DNA of 64,000 bases, taken from assembly GCA_964106645.2 (NCBI GenBank), contig OZ067043.1. One strand, 5' to 3'. Under the pieces are notes generated by a model. That model had not been told where the DNA came from. It searched no databases and saw nothing but the letters and a program-made list of their open reading frames with translations. Numbering within the stretch: the stretch's first letter is position 1; each line of letters opens with the position of its first letter. Positions 1 to 13,648 of this stretch are shown piece by piece. The position numbers were made by a program, and so were the translations under genes. This DNA comes from Podarcis pityusensis. Taxonomy: Eukaryota.

Positions 1-63
1 AAGGTCACCCAGCAGCTGCATGTGGAAGAGCGGAGACTACCGCTCTTAACCACTACACCACAC
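1..63 (-). mobile_element. 5' end of a Squam3-like tRNA-derived SINE (cut by window edge, internal deletion)
   Basis: Reverse complement of the head of the 37040 copy (gtgtggtgtagtggttaagagcggtag...cacatgcagctgctgggtgacctt). Confidence 0.85.
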
Positions 64-248
64 AGCCAACCATAGGCATCTGGAATGCTCACAAGTATCA
101 AATGTGATCATTCCCTTATAATTTGTCCCCAGCATAATTCTACAGCTTCAATTCACCTTTCTGGGGCAAGGTTTTAGTTCACACCCAACACATGTCATCT
201 CTGCCTGAATTTTACAGGTTAGGACAAAGCCGTTCCTGTCCAGCTTAC

Positions 249-320
249 CTCTTTCCAGCTACTGCCATGCTTCTCCATTTCAGAGTTTTTCAAAGCCCAG
301 AGGTCGGCTCCCTTCTGCAG
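249..320 (-). CDS. MTCL2: MTCL2/SOGA1 exon K (72 nt, 24 aa: LQKGADLWALKNSEMEKHGSSWKE); not in ORF track
   Basis: Acceptor tctttcAG|CTG, donor GAG|GTAAGC; resembles SOGA1 'LQKAADPWVLKHSELEKQDNSWKE' (recalled). The gene continues below position 1. Confidence 0.9.
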
Positions 321-1677
321 CTGAAAGACAAAGCAGTTCTAGTGCTGGGCCTGCACATGAGCCAATTTGTCCTCTATGTGGCATTGCAGTGGACAATAAC
401 CTTTTTTTTTTTGTTCAGTTTCTAATGAGTGCACTGCAAAGTTCAGCCCCTGCAGGGACATCCCACTGGCATCACAGTACTCAGGGGATATTGGGTGTTC
501 CTTGCAGCACCCACATATTTCTGGCAGAGACACTGTTTAAAAAAATCAATCACTAATAGAGAAACTGGAGCTTGGGGGCAGATGTGTTGCTTAGGATCCA
601 TTTTGACAGAGGGTCAGGCTGGGGATGAGTCAATGAAACATTAACTGCTGGCAAAGGAATGTGTTCAGTGTGCCACTGGGGGACAGACAGATCTATTCCA
701 CCATTGCAGATCACGCAAAATCTACAGGGGAGATGATAGAGGGTCTCGAGTTTTATTTAGGTGCCTCATTTGTAGCCAACTGAAGTCCAAAACACACATG
801 CATCTACAGTAACATAGCTGGTTCACAATTCATGAACCCTGATTTCTCTGCATGGTTTGGGGTGGGATGTGTGGTGGTGGAGGGAAGGCGGGGCTTTTGT
901 GTCTTTAACAGCTGTGAGGCAGGCAGAAATGCAACAGGTCAAGCCTCTTCTAGTCTGGAAATTATGGGGAAAGCTTAATATGTTGACACTCTGGCTGCCA
1001 GTCAGCTTATTAATTGTGTGTGGATCCTGATTTATCTTTGGGCCCTGTACCCCATCTGCAAAAGAGGAGATAAAATTGCATAGAATGCCAAGTGCAGTCA
1101 GATTATATGCAAATTTATCTTCTTATATAAGTTTGTATCGAATTTTAGTCCTACTCAGCATCACCCAGTAGAATTTTGTTGGAACCTGGAACCAGAAAAT
1201 CATGTTGGGAGCTCTGCACAAGAGGGGGTTATGTGTACCCCGCTAGCGTGTGTGCTGCATGCAAGCACATGCATGTATTCATGGGAACAAGGAAGCCTAG
1301 GGGATAGGCATTTGTTGGCCAGCATCATTATCCCGATTCATATTATTATTATGCTTTTATCCTGCCCTTCCTCCATGATGCTCAGAAAGCATACAGAGCT
1401 GTCCTTCTCCCAAACACCTTGAGAAATAGGCTAGTGATGGTGATTGGCTTGGAAGTCACCCAGGGAGTTCCATGGCTGGGCAGGGATTTAAATTCAGGAC
1501 TTGACTCGACCACAACACTCTGCATCTATACCCACACTTATGCTCATGCAGGGACATCCATTGCTGCCAGCCTATATTGATTCTGCTAAGGGAATGCACA
1601 TTATATTCACACTTGCTGAAATACTTGCTGAGACTTTGGAGGGCAAGTTGCACCCACAAAATGCATTCCGTTCTCAC

Positions 1678-1929
1678 CTGATTTATTTTGTTCTGCAGCT
1701 CCTTCACTTGCTGCTCTGCCTGCTGCCGTTCATCCTTGAATCGGTCCAAGAGCTCCAGCTTCTCCTGGTCCCAGTTCTTCTCGCTGATCTGCAGCTGCTT
1801 GGTCAGGTCCATGACGGCGCTGTACGACTCAGCCAGGAGGTGCTGGTGCTCCTCCCTCTCCCTCTTCAGAGCTGTCTTCCAGTCAGAGAGCGCTCGCTCT
1901 GTCAAGCCTTTCCCAGGCTTGGATTCCAG
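1678..1929 (-). CDS. MTCL2: MTCL2/SOGA1 exon J (252 nt, 84 aa: LESKPGKGLTERALSDWKTALKREREEH...LQNKINQ)
   Basis: Acceptor gtcccgcacAG|CTG, donor CAG|GTGAGA; SOGA/MTCL motif LLAESYSAVMDLTKQLQISEKNW. Confidence 0.95.
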
Positions 1930-3231
1930 CTGTGCGGGACAAAGGGAGTGGCTGTGTCAAGGAACCCAATTAAATCAAAGGCCGCAGCTTCCTTGCCTTT
2001 GTCTGAGATTGGTTATGGGAGACTGTTTGGCTTGCTGTGCTGGAAAGGTGGACAGGTTCAATGGAATATATTCATGGCAGAATTACTGGTTAGGAATTGG
2101 AGCACTTCATATCCTTTCTCCAAAGCAGCCAATATTTAACACAGTCAGAACAAGGTATGTCAAAGTAACTAAAAACTTGGTTATGTTCCCCTTTTTCCAT
2201 TTGGCAAAAATCAGACTTGGGCCACATTCACACCATACATATAAAGCACTATGATGCCACTTTAAACACTCATGGCTTCCCACAAACAATTCTGGGAACT
2301 GTAGTTTGTTAGAGGTGCTGGGAGTTGTTAGGGGACCCCTATTCCCCTCACAGAGCTACAGTTCTCAGTGTGCAGAAGCAAGCAATCCCTCTTCACAGGG
2401 AACTCTGGGAACTTTATCTTTATTTTAGGGAAGTGTGGTGGGGAAGAAACAGGCAGTGGAGGAAAGGAGATCAGGGCAGCAGGCAACCATGGTGCTGACA
2501 AGTTGGGGCAATCCATGGCTACATTTGACAGCTCTGTGTAGCCAGAATCGGGAGACTGGCCAGCCCCATGATCTCCAGCTTCATCTTTGACAGCCTCCTG
2601 GACTGCACAGCTAGCTATCAATTGCAGCCAGAGACTGTGTAGCTGGCCAACCCCATGATCTCCATCTGTAGTGACTGCACAAGTGAAGTGCAAGTCCCAA
2701 TCTGACTCTGGGTAAGCCTGAAGGGGCACTGTGCTTGCCTTTAATTCGGATTGTTCTCATTCAAGCAGTGGTTCTTGCATTTCTGAGCACTGCTGCTTTA
2801 AATAATTACCTATTTCTAGCAGGAATTAATACTAAGAAGCATGAGTCTGGGACCCAATGAGAGAGCTATAAAGGTCAGCTTTTTAGATGTTGCACATCAT
2901 TACTCTGCTTGCAGGAGTATGAACTGGGCTTCAGCCCTTTTTATGGAAGGAGTTACTTTAAGGAGAAAAATACTCAGTTTTCTCAAGGATCAGCACATAG
3001 CTGATGCAGCAACCAGCTGTCTGGAAACAGGGAGATAATGGACAAGGTTCCATAACATGAAGGAATGACTCCCATAACAAATGGAGATCAAGGCCAGAGG
3101 ACTGTTGGAGAAATAGTTTGTTCCCATAACATACTAACCGTAAACTACCACAAACAGAAAACAAATTATGATATTCCCCTTTCAAATATGATAGATTAAT
3201 TGCTATTGCTGATGCAGAAGAAATAGAGGAT

Positions 3232-3832
3232 TGTGTATGACGAGCTTAAAAAAATGTCTAAGTATAACTTTACGAAATATACAGAAGCTTTTCTACTAGG
3301 GATAACGGACACAGGTATAGCAAGAGAAGATCAGAAAATATTCCTCTATGCCACAGGAGCCGCAAGGATCCTAACTGCTAAAAACTGGAAAAAAAGAAAC
3401 TGTGCCAACAAAAAAGGAATGGCAAGATAAACTGTTGAACTGGCCAGATTAACAGGCAATTAGAGATCACACTAGACAAGAGTTTCAAAAACCATGAGGA
3501 AAATGCAGAGAGTACTTCACAAAACAGTGCCCTAAAATACATACCTGGACTTGTTTCGATTAATGTCTGCAGGAGACTTTGTGGATATTTAAGTCATAAT
3601 TAGAAAAATCTTAATAATTATTCATAAAGGAAACAATTTATAAGAAGTAAATAAGGAGGCCAGATACAGGATAAAGGAAGTCTTTTATTTGTTTGTTTGT
3701 TTGTTTGTATTGTTGTATGTTATGCTCACTGTATGTTATGTTCATTTTTAATGAGGGTGGATTTGTGTATTGGGGGTGGGGGGGTTTGTGGTATGTTGTA
3801 AATAAAATTCCAATAAAAATGAAGCTCACCGG
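3232..3832 (+). mobile_element. 5'-truncated L1-type LINE (ORF2 C-terminus and 3' UTR) with 16-bp TSD
   Basis: Peptide YDELKKM..EAFLLGI..FLYATGAARILTAKNWK is typical of the squamate L1 ORF2 end. AATAAA near 3801 and 3812. AGAAGAAATAGAGGAT at 3216-3231 and 3833-3848. Confidence 0.85.
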
Positions 3833-6800
3833 AGAAGAAATAGAGGATAGTGTTAAATCCTATTAGAGCTTCTTATTTGCTTGATGTTTTGGGAGACACT
3901 GCAAAGTCCGATAGTACTTCCAGGACTCTAGATGTCTCTGGAAATACCTACGGTCTCTGGAGGACTCACCAGCTACAGTGCTAAATCCTACTGAAAACCT
4001 CAATGAATTAGCTACCTCATTTATCTGTATGTAACAGTGACCATGAGGATGATTACCACACTCCTTCAATTCCACTTAAAACACTGTGCAAAAGAGACTG
4101 CTGCTTCTTAAGTGTGGTGTGTTAATAATGGCAGTAAAACATTTCTATAGTGGTAAACATCTCCATAGGTAATATGCTTTTCAGAGGTGGAAAAAAGGAG
4201 GAAGAAACATGAAATTTGAAATTATTTACGGAACACAATAGCTCACAGCAACCATAGAATCTTTAGATGAAACATGCTACTCAAACATACTGATATCAAT
4301 TAGGACATGGCTAGTACAAGGGTGTTTCATTTGTGGACCTAAATATATTCAATAAAAGCCACACTGCCCAGCAAACTGCAATTTCTGAAAGTGGAAGCGT
4401 GAACTATAGCAAGGAAGAGCCAGCATCAAGGGACTTCCAAAGCAGACACAGAGACAAATGATTGGCTTAACAGTGCAATAAATTCCCTTCTGAGCAGGCA
4501 AGGCCCCCAAATCATGATGCTCAGCAAGTGAGCTCTTGTAATCAGCTTACAAACAGAATACTGGTGTTGTGGTCACCCAGGAGTCAGAGACTCTCCAACA
4601 GTCTTTCCTTGTATATGATGGACAGAAGGTGAGTCAGCAGCCTCTGCCAAAACTGCTTTCGGGTGTCCAGTAACAAGCTAACTGCATGCAGATGCCAAGG
4701 AAGTTGGTTACATAACTTCTGTCTGAGAGATTAGCATTAAGGGCAATGAGAATCCTTGGGGTTAACACTTTGCCTACTACCCATTGTGCCAGCTGTGTGA
4801 GATCAGAGGCAAGCACGACGTACTAGGTGTGCAAGTTAAATGCATGCCCCAACAAAATAAAGGCCACAGCACTGCACTTCCAGGGAAGAGCAAGCTCATT
4901 CTAGGAGCCCCCTTTCTCAGGCCCGCAGGCACTTGACAGCTCAGACAGCTGAATAGGAAATGATTATTCTAATCAGATAATAATTGGACATGTTTGCTGC
5001 ATTTATGCATAGCAGCAGTTCAGTGCAGATGCCATTCTGGGTGAGTAAACGGATAATGGGCATCTGGGGGAATCCATGGAAGATCTAATAATGGCATCTC
5101 CAGAGCAAAGTACCAGCAAGTGGGTTATTACTTGAGATTTCATTATTATAACCCTAATGCGTCTTCATGCAGCTGCTGAAATGAGGCTGTAATAAAAAGG
5201 AAGTAGCATCAATTTACAAGGGCTCAACCACGAGCTGCCACCTCATTGTATAAGTAAGTGGAGAGATTATGACAATGAAGGACTAATGCGTCAGCAGCTC
5301 TATTCCTTATCCCCACCCCACCCCCCACTTGCCTGTTCAACGGCAGAACAAGGGTGCAGAGGAGCCACACTAGGAACAAGAAATGCTCCTGGATTTGCAG
5401 AATGACCGTACGCAGTGATAGCTTGGTTATAGCACTACTTTTATCTTCTAATGCTATGCTGGAAAATCTGTGGCTCTCCTGGTGTTGTTTGAGTCCCCGG
5501 TCTGGACAGTGGAAAGGGATGGTGGTAGCTGAAATCCAACAACATCTGGAGGACCACACATTCCCCATCTCTGTTCTAAGGACTCACCCAGGCAGCAGTT
5601 TCTACATTTCTTGGGCACTTTTTCTGCCCTGGGATAATACCATGTTTAGCATAGGGAGTCAGCTGCGCACACTATACAACCCGAGCTCCTGGTGAAAGCG
5701 CATCCTGTCCAATGCTAGTGCAAGACGAAGTGTTCCACATAGCGTTGTTGCAGGGGGATAGCATTCCCAAGGCTCTGTATCAGTTCCATTTGGACATGCC
5801 CTAGAAAACTATTCTAGTAGGTGCAGTATCTGTTTTATCACAACATTTATCAATTGTCTGGGCACACTGAATTTGTTTCTGGTAACTGCAGCTTATCTGC
5901 CAACTTATAGTCCATTAACAAACTTTGCTATCTGGGTGAAAAGCCAAATACATGAGTAGAAGGCTCAGGCAGTGCAGTCTAAACACTTTTATGTGCTAGC
6001 AAAAATTACCTTCCCCAACTCCCTGCCCAAATTCCTCAAACTATTCAATGTGTAGCATGTGAATTGCTAGCAACCTAAAAAGCAGGAATCTCCCAGAAGC
6101 AGAAGCTGGCATGTGTTCACTACATATAAGGCTACCTGTGGAAGAAGTGGGTCAGATTTGTTAGGCTGGGGAAAAACTGGGAGCCGGCTGCCTGTTCTCC
6201 TCCAATACAATAAGCATCTATGTCTGTTTTCTTCTCTGAGGAAGTTATGGCAGGTCTCCACTTGTTGTATTTGTTCGGCTAATACTTCAAATAGATAAGC
6301 TGTGCATTATCTCTGATCTGTGTGAACATTTATTCATGCAAGCCATCAACTTGTAATTTTTTGTGGTTGCATTTTTTGTAAGTGTACATTTTTAATGCTG
6401 TGTCTTAGATTGTTGTATGCCAGCCTGGGGTGAATTATGATTAGTAATACTAGTACCCCAGAAAGTTGTCAATCAGAGACTGATCAAGACCTTCAATTAG
6501 TCAGCCATGCTGGTGAGAAGGAAATCCCAGCTCATGGCAGCTCCTCCTTCTATGACAAAAGAGTAAGGTTCTTTGGTATTAGTGCACAAATAAGAATGGA
6601 TTCAGCCTCAGTTTAACAACTGCATCTCATTCCATGTTGGGGGGTGCATGGAATTTGTTTGACAATGAAAATATACAAATCTATAATTTGAATAGGTGTG
6701 TGCGTGTGTGATATTTTGGCAAGGCCTGCCCATCAAGGCCTATAGAATTCACTCTTGTTTGGATTGTTCACTGCTGTTCCATGAGCCTTACACTTCCTTA

Positions 6801-9800
6801 GTAATGTAACTCAAATGTGCTTGCTAGGCTTTGTTGGAAGGGGTGAATCACACCTATAGTAATATCTCCTGCTCAGGAGCAGGTTCCACTTCTCTCAGTG
6901 CTGCAAACCACAAGTTTCTCGCAGTTCAACTTGACCAGAGCAATCAGTATTGATCCCTACAACCCTGAACAAGGACAAAATTTCTATCAATTGCCTCTGA
7001 ACAAACCTATTTCCCCAAAGACCCTGGGTAAGGTACACATAACGCAGCGTATCTTTCCTTTCATCTCAGTCAAAGCAGGGAGGGAGGGGAATCAATAAAA
7101 TGCATGAATAAAGCCAGCTTCAATTGCTGCCATTAAGATTCTGGTGATGTTAGTAATAGAAGCTAAAATAGAAACAGCTTAAGAGCTGCACCCAAATTCT
7201 TCATGTGGTGCTGATCACTTGGCTGGCTATAAGATGAGTATTTATAGACAAGAGCGATTGATGCTGGAAGGCAAGGTGGGGCCAAGCATGTGCCTTCCTT
7301 AAGGGGAAAGCCCACAAAGCAGATATTACTACGACAATGGAATGGCCCTTTGCCCACCTAAGAAGACAGATCGTCAATAATAAGCAGAGTCATCACCAGG
7401 AATCTTGTGAGATCAATTATCTTGATGCAAGCTTTGAGTATATTCCAAAAGGGAACTAAAAGTGGAATTGGTTGGTTTGAAGACAAGGAACACACCCAGC
7501 ATGCCTATCCTTTTAACCCAGTGGTTCCACCACTTTCTTCCCCATGAACCATTTGAAAAATGCTGAGTCTTGGCAGACCACTTAATGATTATTCTACCTT
7601 CTATAGCAATTGCGATATGATTTTTGTATTTTTGTTGCTTCTTTTTATATATTGAATTCAAATTGTAATGCAATAAAATACAAGAAATGAAAGAAGCGAT
7701 GAATATACAATTAAAAATCTGTATGAATTATCATTTCTTTATTCAATTTATATCTCATCCTTCCTCCTTCCTCCCAAAGGAGACTGGCCCACAATATTTA
7801 ATGCAATGGATGTGTTGTCTTTTGTCTTCAACCGCAAATCCATAGACCTAAGTGAAACTCACAGACCACTGGTGGTTTGCAGGCCACAGTTCGGACTGCA
7901 GCCTCTGGAATCAGTTTCAAGACTGGCAGCGTGTTTTGTAGATAACCATATAGCACCACTATGCCGAAGTGTTACAGGAAGGGAGATAGTGTCTTCTGTT
8001 GGAGCATTTCCTTTCCACATTTTATGTGAACCTGAACGATCCACTTAATCTGTGTTCACAGAAAGCAGAGTATCCTATCCTTTTGACTTCATACTTCACT
8101 TCTCACCTGACTATTTTGCATCAGCGGTATTCTTAAATTTGGGCTGCTTTTATCCTCCAGTTCCCTTGGAATCCACAGTAAGACAGTAAGACAGAAGAGC
8201 TGTTTGAAGGAAGAGTCACTCCAAAACCAGCTACAGAAGAGGATTCACACTTGCTCCAGCTGACTAAGAGCAACAAAACAGGAAGTGGGGGGGGGTTAGG
8301 GGGAGGGACAAAGGCTCACTGGAACTCCCAGGTCCATCCAGACAGGACACATGAGTTGCTTTTTTCCTTAAGATTGGGCCTAGCTCAGACTTCTCAGAGC
8401 TTGTTCAGAAATTAAGCATTTGAACATTCTTTTCAATAGAATTTTGGAACTCTCTCTTTAAAAACAATAGCACAGGATAGCTACATAAGAACAAAAGCAA
8501 ACAGGGGCTTTGGAAAAAGGAACCAGAGGATCGCATCCAATGGTTGCATTTAGGCTTTGCTGGAAGACTTTAGGAGATTACCAAGCCCCAAACTCAACAA
8601 CAGGTTGTTATTTTCTTTTTTTTAAATCAAGGTTTTGTTTCCCCCTTTGCAGAAAGAGTCATGGGATTTAAAGCAGGAGAGAACAGAATGGAAATGTTCT
8701 TATGAGGACAGAGTCCTTGCCAGTGCTGTTCTGCATCTATGGGTAAAAAACCAGAAGTGTTATATGCACAGCAAGATGTGAATTTGTGCTTGGGTTGAGT
8801 TATTTCTGGGTGACGGAAGTGGAAGGGAAGATGACTCAACCCTTCTCCAAGACTGATGATGTTACTGTTGGTTTTAGCCACAAAACCAGCCAGGAGGCAG
8901 ACACAGTCTTCTCACTTCCGTCCTTCAAGCTCCCCCAAGATCAACACACATGTTATTTAGAAAGCTGCTGAATAAGCAACTTGAAGCATTAATGCTGGGC
9001 ATGCACCTACATGAATGTGAATACACTTGAGACAGAAGATGTGCTCTGTGATGTCAGGGTGACAGATCTCCAGACGTTAACTCCAGACATCAACTCCAAG
9101 GCACATTAAAGAAAAAGGTTCTTCAATGTGGAGAGGTAGCTGTCATACTATCAAAATATTGATGTGTTGGTGTTTTCCTGTCCCAGAGGGGAAATCTTAT
9201 CCAGCTTACGGACACAGAGTTCAGGAACAACCAGAACACAAGAAAGCAGAAACAGAGCAGCAAAAGTGCAGAAGAGAAGGAGAGAGTCTCCTGCCTCCTT
9301 CCTTCATTCTTACTGACAGACCACTGGACCTCTAGTAGCAAAGAGGGAACATGAGAAATAGTTCTAAGGGCCCTAGAGCAATGCCCTTGTACACTTTTCT
9401 TCTGAAGAATAATTCTTGTAACAACTAGAGTGGACAGCTGGCAATGCCACATGCTCCCAGAGTAGTTATATGACCCTTAACCTGCCTAACAGATCAGGGT
9501 TTAAAAGACAAACACACTGGGGACAGTGGCATTACTAGGGCCCAACTCACATAAGCCAAAGGTGCTATACTGTATATGTTGTTGCCAAACTGTCCCAAGG
9601 GTGCAATTATGTGCTGAATGCAATGTGCGACCCAGCGCATACCTGGATACAAATGCAACTTCCAGTATCTGTTGTCATGACAACTTGAAAAAGTGCCACC
9701 AAGATCATGAAAAATAGCTAGCAGCGCAGTGCTGTTCATGCGCTACATGTGCCGTGCGATTAGAGGAATGTGCACACATGAGGACAACACAGGTTACACT

Positions 9801-10951
9801 CTATGGACAACCCCTAGGCTATATGGAACAGACCACTGTGTTAACAGGAGGTAGGGCGGGAAGAGGACAAAGGATGCCCAGATGCTGCCGTGAGGCTTGT
9901 GAGCAGACAGACTCTTCTTAGTTGATGCGGAGGCAGCCTAGGAAAGCCACAGGATCTGCTAAGGAAACCCTCCTCATGAGTCAGCTGTATGTGTAAAGGC
10001 ATAATGCCAAAGGCAAGGTTTGCAGCTGCCTCTTTGTACGTATCTGGAGGCTCCCTCATGCATCAACCAAGAAATGAGAACACATGGAAGGAAAGCCCGT
10101 GGGCTGGCTTGCAGCCTCCTCTGAAGGGAGCTCTTGGTCAAAAGCACTGTCACTCAGCCATTTCTGCAGCAGGCTCCCACACAGCTACAGTCAGGAAGCT
10201 TGAGTTTTATTACCTCTTTGCAAGAACACACTCTAGGGCAGAGTGCCAGATTATGTTAGTCCTGGCTGACAAAAAGGCCTTTCTTGCATAATATACTGGA
10301 TATAGCAGAAATATATATATATATAAATACAAAAGCAGCAGAACACCTTGATCCATTTCTGGACCCATCTCATGTACGTACCACCTAGATACAACACTGT
10401 CCTCCCAGTGGTTCCATTGGGATAACAATGGAGTATGGAAATGGTTCATAATTGGGTCTCTGAAACAATGGATCTTTTTTGTTAGCCAAGCCCAATTCCA
10501 AATCACAAGCTGGGGGACCCATTCCCACTTTATCAAGACATGCCCTGAGTTTGAGTATTCCACTTCACCATAAAGCATCACTTATTTCACGCCTCATGGA
10601 CCCAAAATCATCAGAAATGACTGAAGATCCCAATACAGTGACAGACCTCTCAGGCAACAGGCTGATCCAAACATAATGCCAAATGATGGCGTAATCGGCT
10701 TGTGTGCTTCCTCATCCATTTATGAACCCCTGATGGCCCCCATCACTCTTGGTCAGACATGCCATTGTTTCCTGTTACATACGAATCGGCAAACTATGGT
10801 TTGCACTTGCCCACCCCTCGCCAAACCTAAATGAAGCTCATGATTTTAAGCATGCAAGGTAACACAGAGAATGTGAGCTGCTGCCTTTTAGAATGAAGAT
10901 AAACTTTATGCCGTTTGAGAGAGTAAAAAATGTGATGCTTGGATATCTGAC

Positions 10952-11119
10952 CTGTGCGATGAGACACTTGAGCTCAGTTCTCTCCATTTCCCAGGTCGCC
11001 TTAGCCTTGGCAAACTGTTGCTGCAGCTCGTTCATGCCTCTTCTCTCTTCGCGCAACTCTGTGCACAGCTCCTTCAAGGTCACCTTCATGTCTGATAGGG
11101 TCTTGATATACTCATTGGC
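10952..11119 (-). CDS. MTCL2: MTCL2/SOGA1 exon I (168 nt, 56 aa: ANEYIKTLSDMKVTLKELC...LKCLIAQ); tandem TAGCAG acceptor (alternative start 11122)
   Basis: Donor CAG|GTCAGA; SOGA1-like MKVTLKELC...QQQFAKAKATWE. Confidence 0.94.
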
Positions 11120-11274
11120 CTGCTAGAAATACAAAAAATGCATAATAAAGTATGACTGCCATGCACACACCACATTCTAGACAATGGCCATCACTTTTCA
11201 GAATCCTTATGCAGTCAAAAAGAGGGGGGGTTTGAAGGAGAAGCATGCACTCTGAACTAAAGGCAGGGAGAAGA

Positions 11275-11330
11275 ATAGAATCGTAGAGCTGAAAGGAACA
11301 CCAAGGGTCATCTAGTCTAACCCCCTGCAA
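11275..11330 (-). mobile_element. CR1-type LINE 3' end fragment
   Basis: Reverse complement resembles the 57935 copy (ttgcagggggttagactagatgacccttgg...tctacgattctat). Confidence 0.7.
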
Positions 11331-12340
11331 GACAAGCCCGTGTGTGTTCATGTGTAATAGTTAGGGTGCTGGACTAAGACTGGAGAGACCCAAGTTCAAA
11401 TCCACACTCAACATTCTGAAGGGCCAATCACAATCTTTCTGCCCAACCTGTTTGGCAGGATTGCTATAAAAAAAGCAGTGGGAGGGGGCTGCTATGCTTA
11501 GCTCCTTGGGGGAAGGGTCAGATATAAATGATAGTGAAGTGAAAGTAATAAATGCAATAAGGAAGCTCATTAACTGATTTTTTTTCTAAACTGAATTTAA
11601 ACTATGCCACTTCTCTCAGAGTTGGGAGTTCATGGGAAAAGTAGTTTAGTCTGATAATCAGTTTAGGGTGAGCAAAAGCAGACATCTGTGCCCTGCCCAG
11701 CCTCAAAGTACTTCATTGTGGTTTGTGGGGATTGGTTAAAAAGCAGGAGAAATAAGCAGCCCAGGTTAAACTGACTTGAGTAACAAAGTAGTTACTGAAT
11801 CAGCAGCCAGAAAAATGCTGGTGAAGAACATCTTCCCTGGATAGGTGATCTAATGACTATCTAAGACTTTTTGCACACATGGGCATTGGCAGGAATTTTT
11901 CTGGGAGGGAGGGGGGCAAAAGTAAATACTCCAAACAAACAAAACACAGTGAACATCAGAGAACAGTTCTAGCATTTATGGTGGCTGAAGAGTGTGGCAC
12001 CGTCTAGATAGACACGCCTTCTGAGCATCTTGTGCTCCAGCTTTACCCCTCCATTGGTTCTCAGTGGGTACCACTGCTGTCCATCTAAGGGTTCTTTCCC
12101 TTCACCCATTAATTAATTGCACTGCTGCTTCACAGAATGAGCCCCTCTTTGTCAGGGAGTGCACCACTTGTTGCCCTCATCCCTCCTCCTCTGGGGTGGA
12201 GAGAATGTGAGGTATGGGAGATGCCACAGATCTTCAGCTGCCACAGAGTTACAGGCCTAAGTGCTCTTTGTCGGGAACCTTCTTCACTGCATCCCAAGCA
12301 GGAAGAAAATTCCCCAGCAGGGCACCTCATCACATCTCAC

Positions 12341-12448
12341 CGAGTCCTGAGACCAGGTATCTCTGATACACATCTTGTTATCTGCTTGCTGCTGGGGGTT
12401 CAGCTCCTCCTCTTCAATCAGCAGGTACAGTTCTTTCATGCTGTTCAC
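12341..12448 (-). CDS. MTCL2: MTCL2/SOGA1 exon H (108 nt, 36 aa: VNSMKELYLLIEEEELNPQQQADNKMCIRDTWSQDS); not in ORF track
   Basis: Acceptor ctttccAG|GTG, donor TCG|GTGAGA; resembles SOGA1 'VNSMKELYLLMEEEE'. Confidence 0.94.
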
Positions 12449-13648
12449 CTGGAAAGAACAGGGCAGGGCAAGTAGTGAGTGGAAGTCTTCAGTGGCTGCA
12501 TAGAAAAGGACGCAACAGTAGTAGCCTGACCTACTGGATCCTTTAAACAGAGGTTAACAGGTTTAGGATGATTAACAGTGAGATAAAGGATACAGACTGT
12601 AACAAGATAGGAATGTGCACCCTTGAGAGATGCCTCTGTGTCACATCATCACAGTGACTTTCAACAGCATTCTCCTCTTTGTGTTTCTGTCTCGGGTACC
12701 TTTCTGCACATTTGTGCCTAGCAGAACCATCTGTTGGATTCCATGCTAGCCTAGTTTACCAAGAGGTTGTTGTTCCCAAGTCTTCAATCACTAAGTTTAT
12801 GAAAAGATGCCTTGTGAGTCACTTCTCTTAGAGCAATTTAATCTGTGACACTAAAAAGTGCATTTATGCCTCTCTTGTGATTCTCCGTATCACTTATAAA
12901 TGTAGTTCATGCAGCAGAGGAGAAACTGAACACACACAGAGATCAATGTAGAGACTTCATATTTCTGTGAAGAACCTCACTTTTTCATGAAGAATCTAAA
13001 ACAAAGTCCATTTAAGCCTCATGTGTGAAACTGACTTGTATTTCAGCAGCCGACCTTCACCAAGCTGAACTTTATTCACAGCTGAGAAAGCAGCTTACAT
13101 GCTAAAGGCGAGATAGCAGTTCTTGAGAAGGTCATATGGAAGACAGGAAACAACTGATAAATTGGAGCTGATATGAGCCTCATTCTTGGCAAGTTTTGAT
13201 AGAGCCCAAAAGAGAAGCCAGGATACCACCCATTGCTATCTAGGAGACATAATATGTAGTCTAAGAGTGGCTAACCTGTGGCTTCCAGATGTTGTTGGAC
13301 TCCACCTCCCATACGGCCCAGCAGTAGCCAATGGTCAAAGAATTTGGGAGCTATAATACCACAACATCTGGAGAGACACAAATTAGCCACCTGTGATGTA
13401 GTTCATCCACACTATTATTGCAGCCTCATTCACCCTGTTTCTCTCCCTTCTCTTTGTAAGTGATACAGCAAAAATACATGGGTTGTGGCTATCTGTGCAA
13501 TTTATTGAAGTGTAGAAAAACAAACTCAAAGCAATTAATAGAAGCAAAAACACATGATTAAAACAAAAGGTCAGAATTATCTGCTTTAATGTCAGAAGTA
13601 TACTTTTGACTAGTCAGCAGAGAAGCTCATGCTCAAAGCCTGCCATAC

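Noticed and set aside
1501-2254. 212-aa and 188-aa plus-strand ORFs
   Set aside because: They overlap exon J antisense; no domain and no supporting gene structure.
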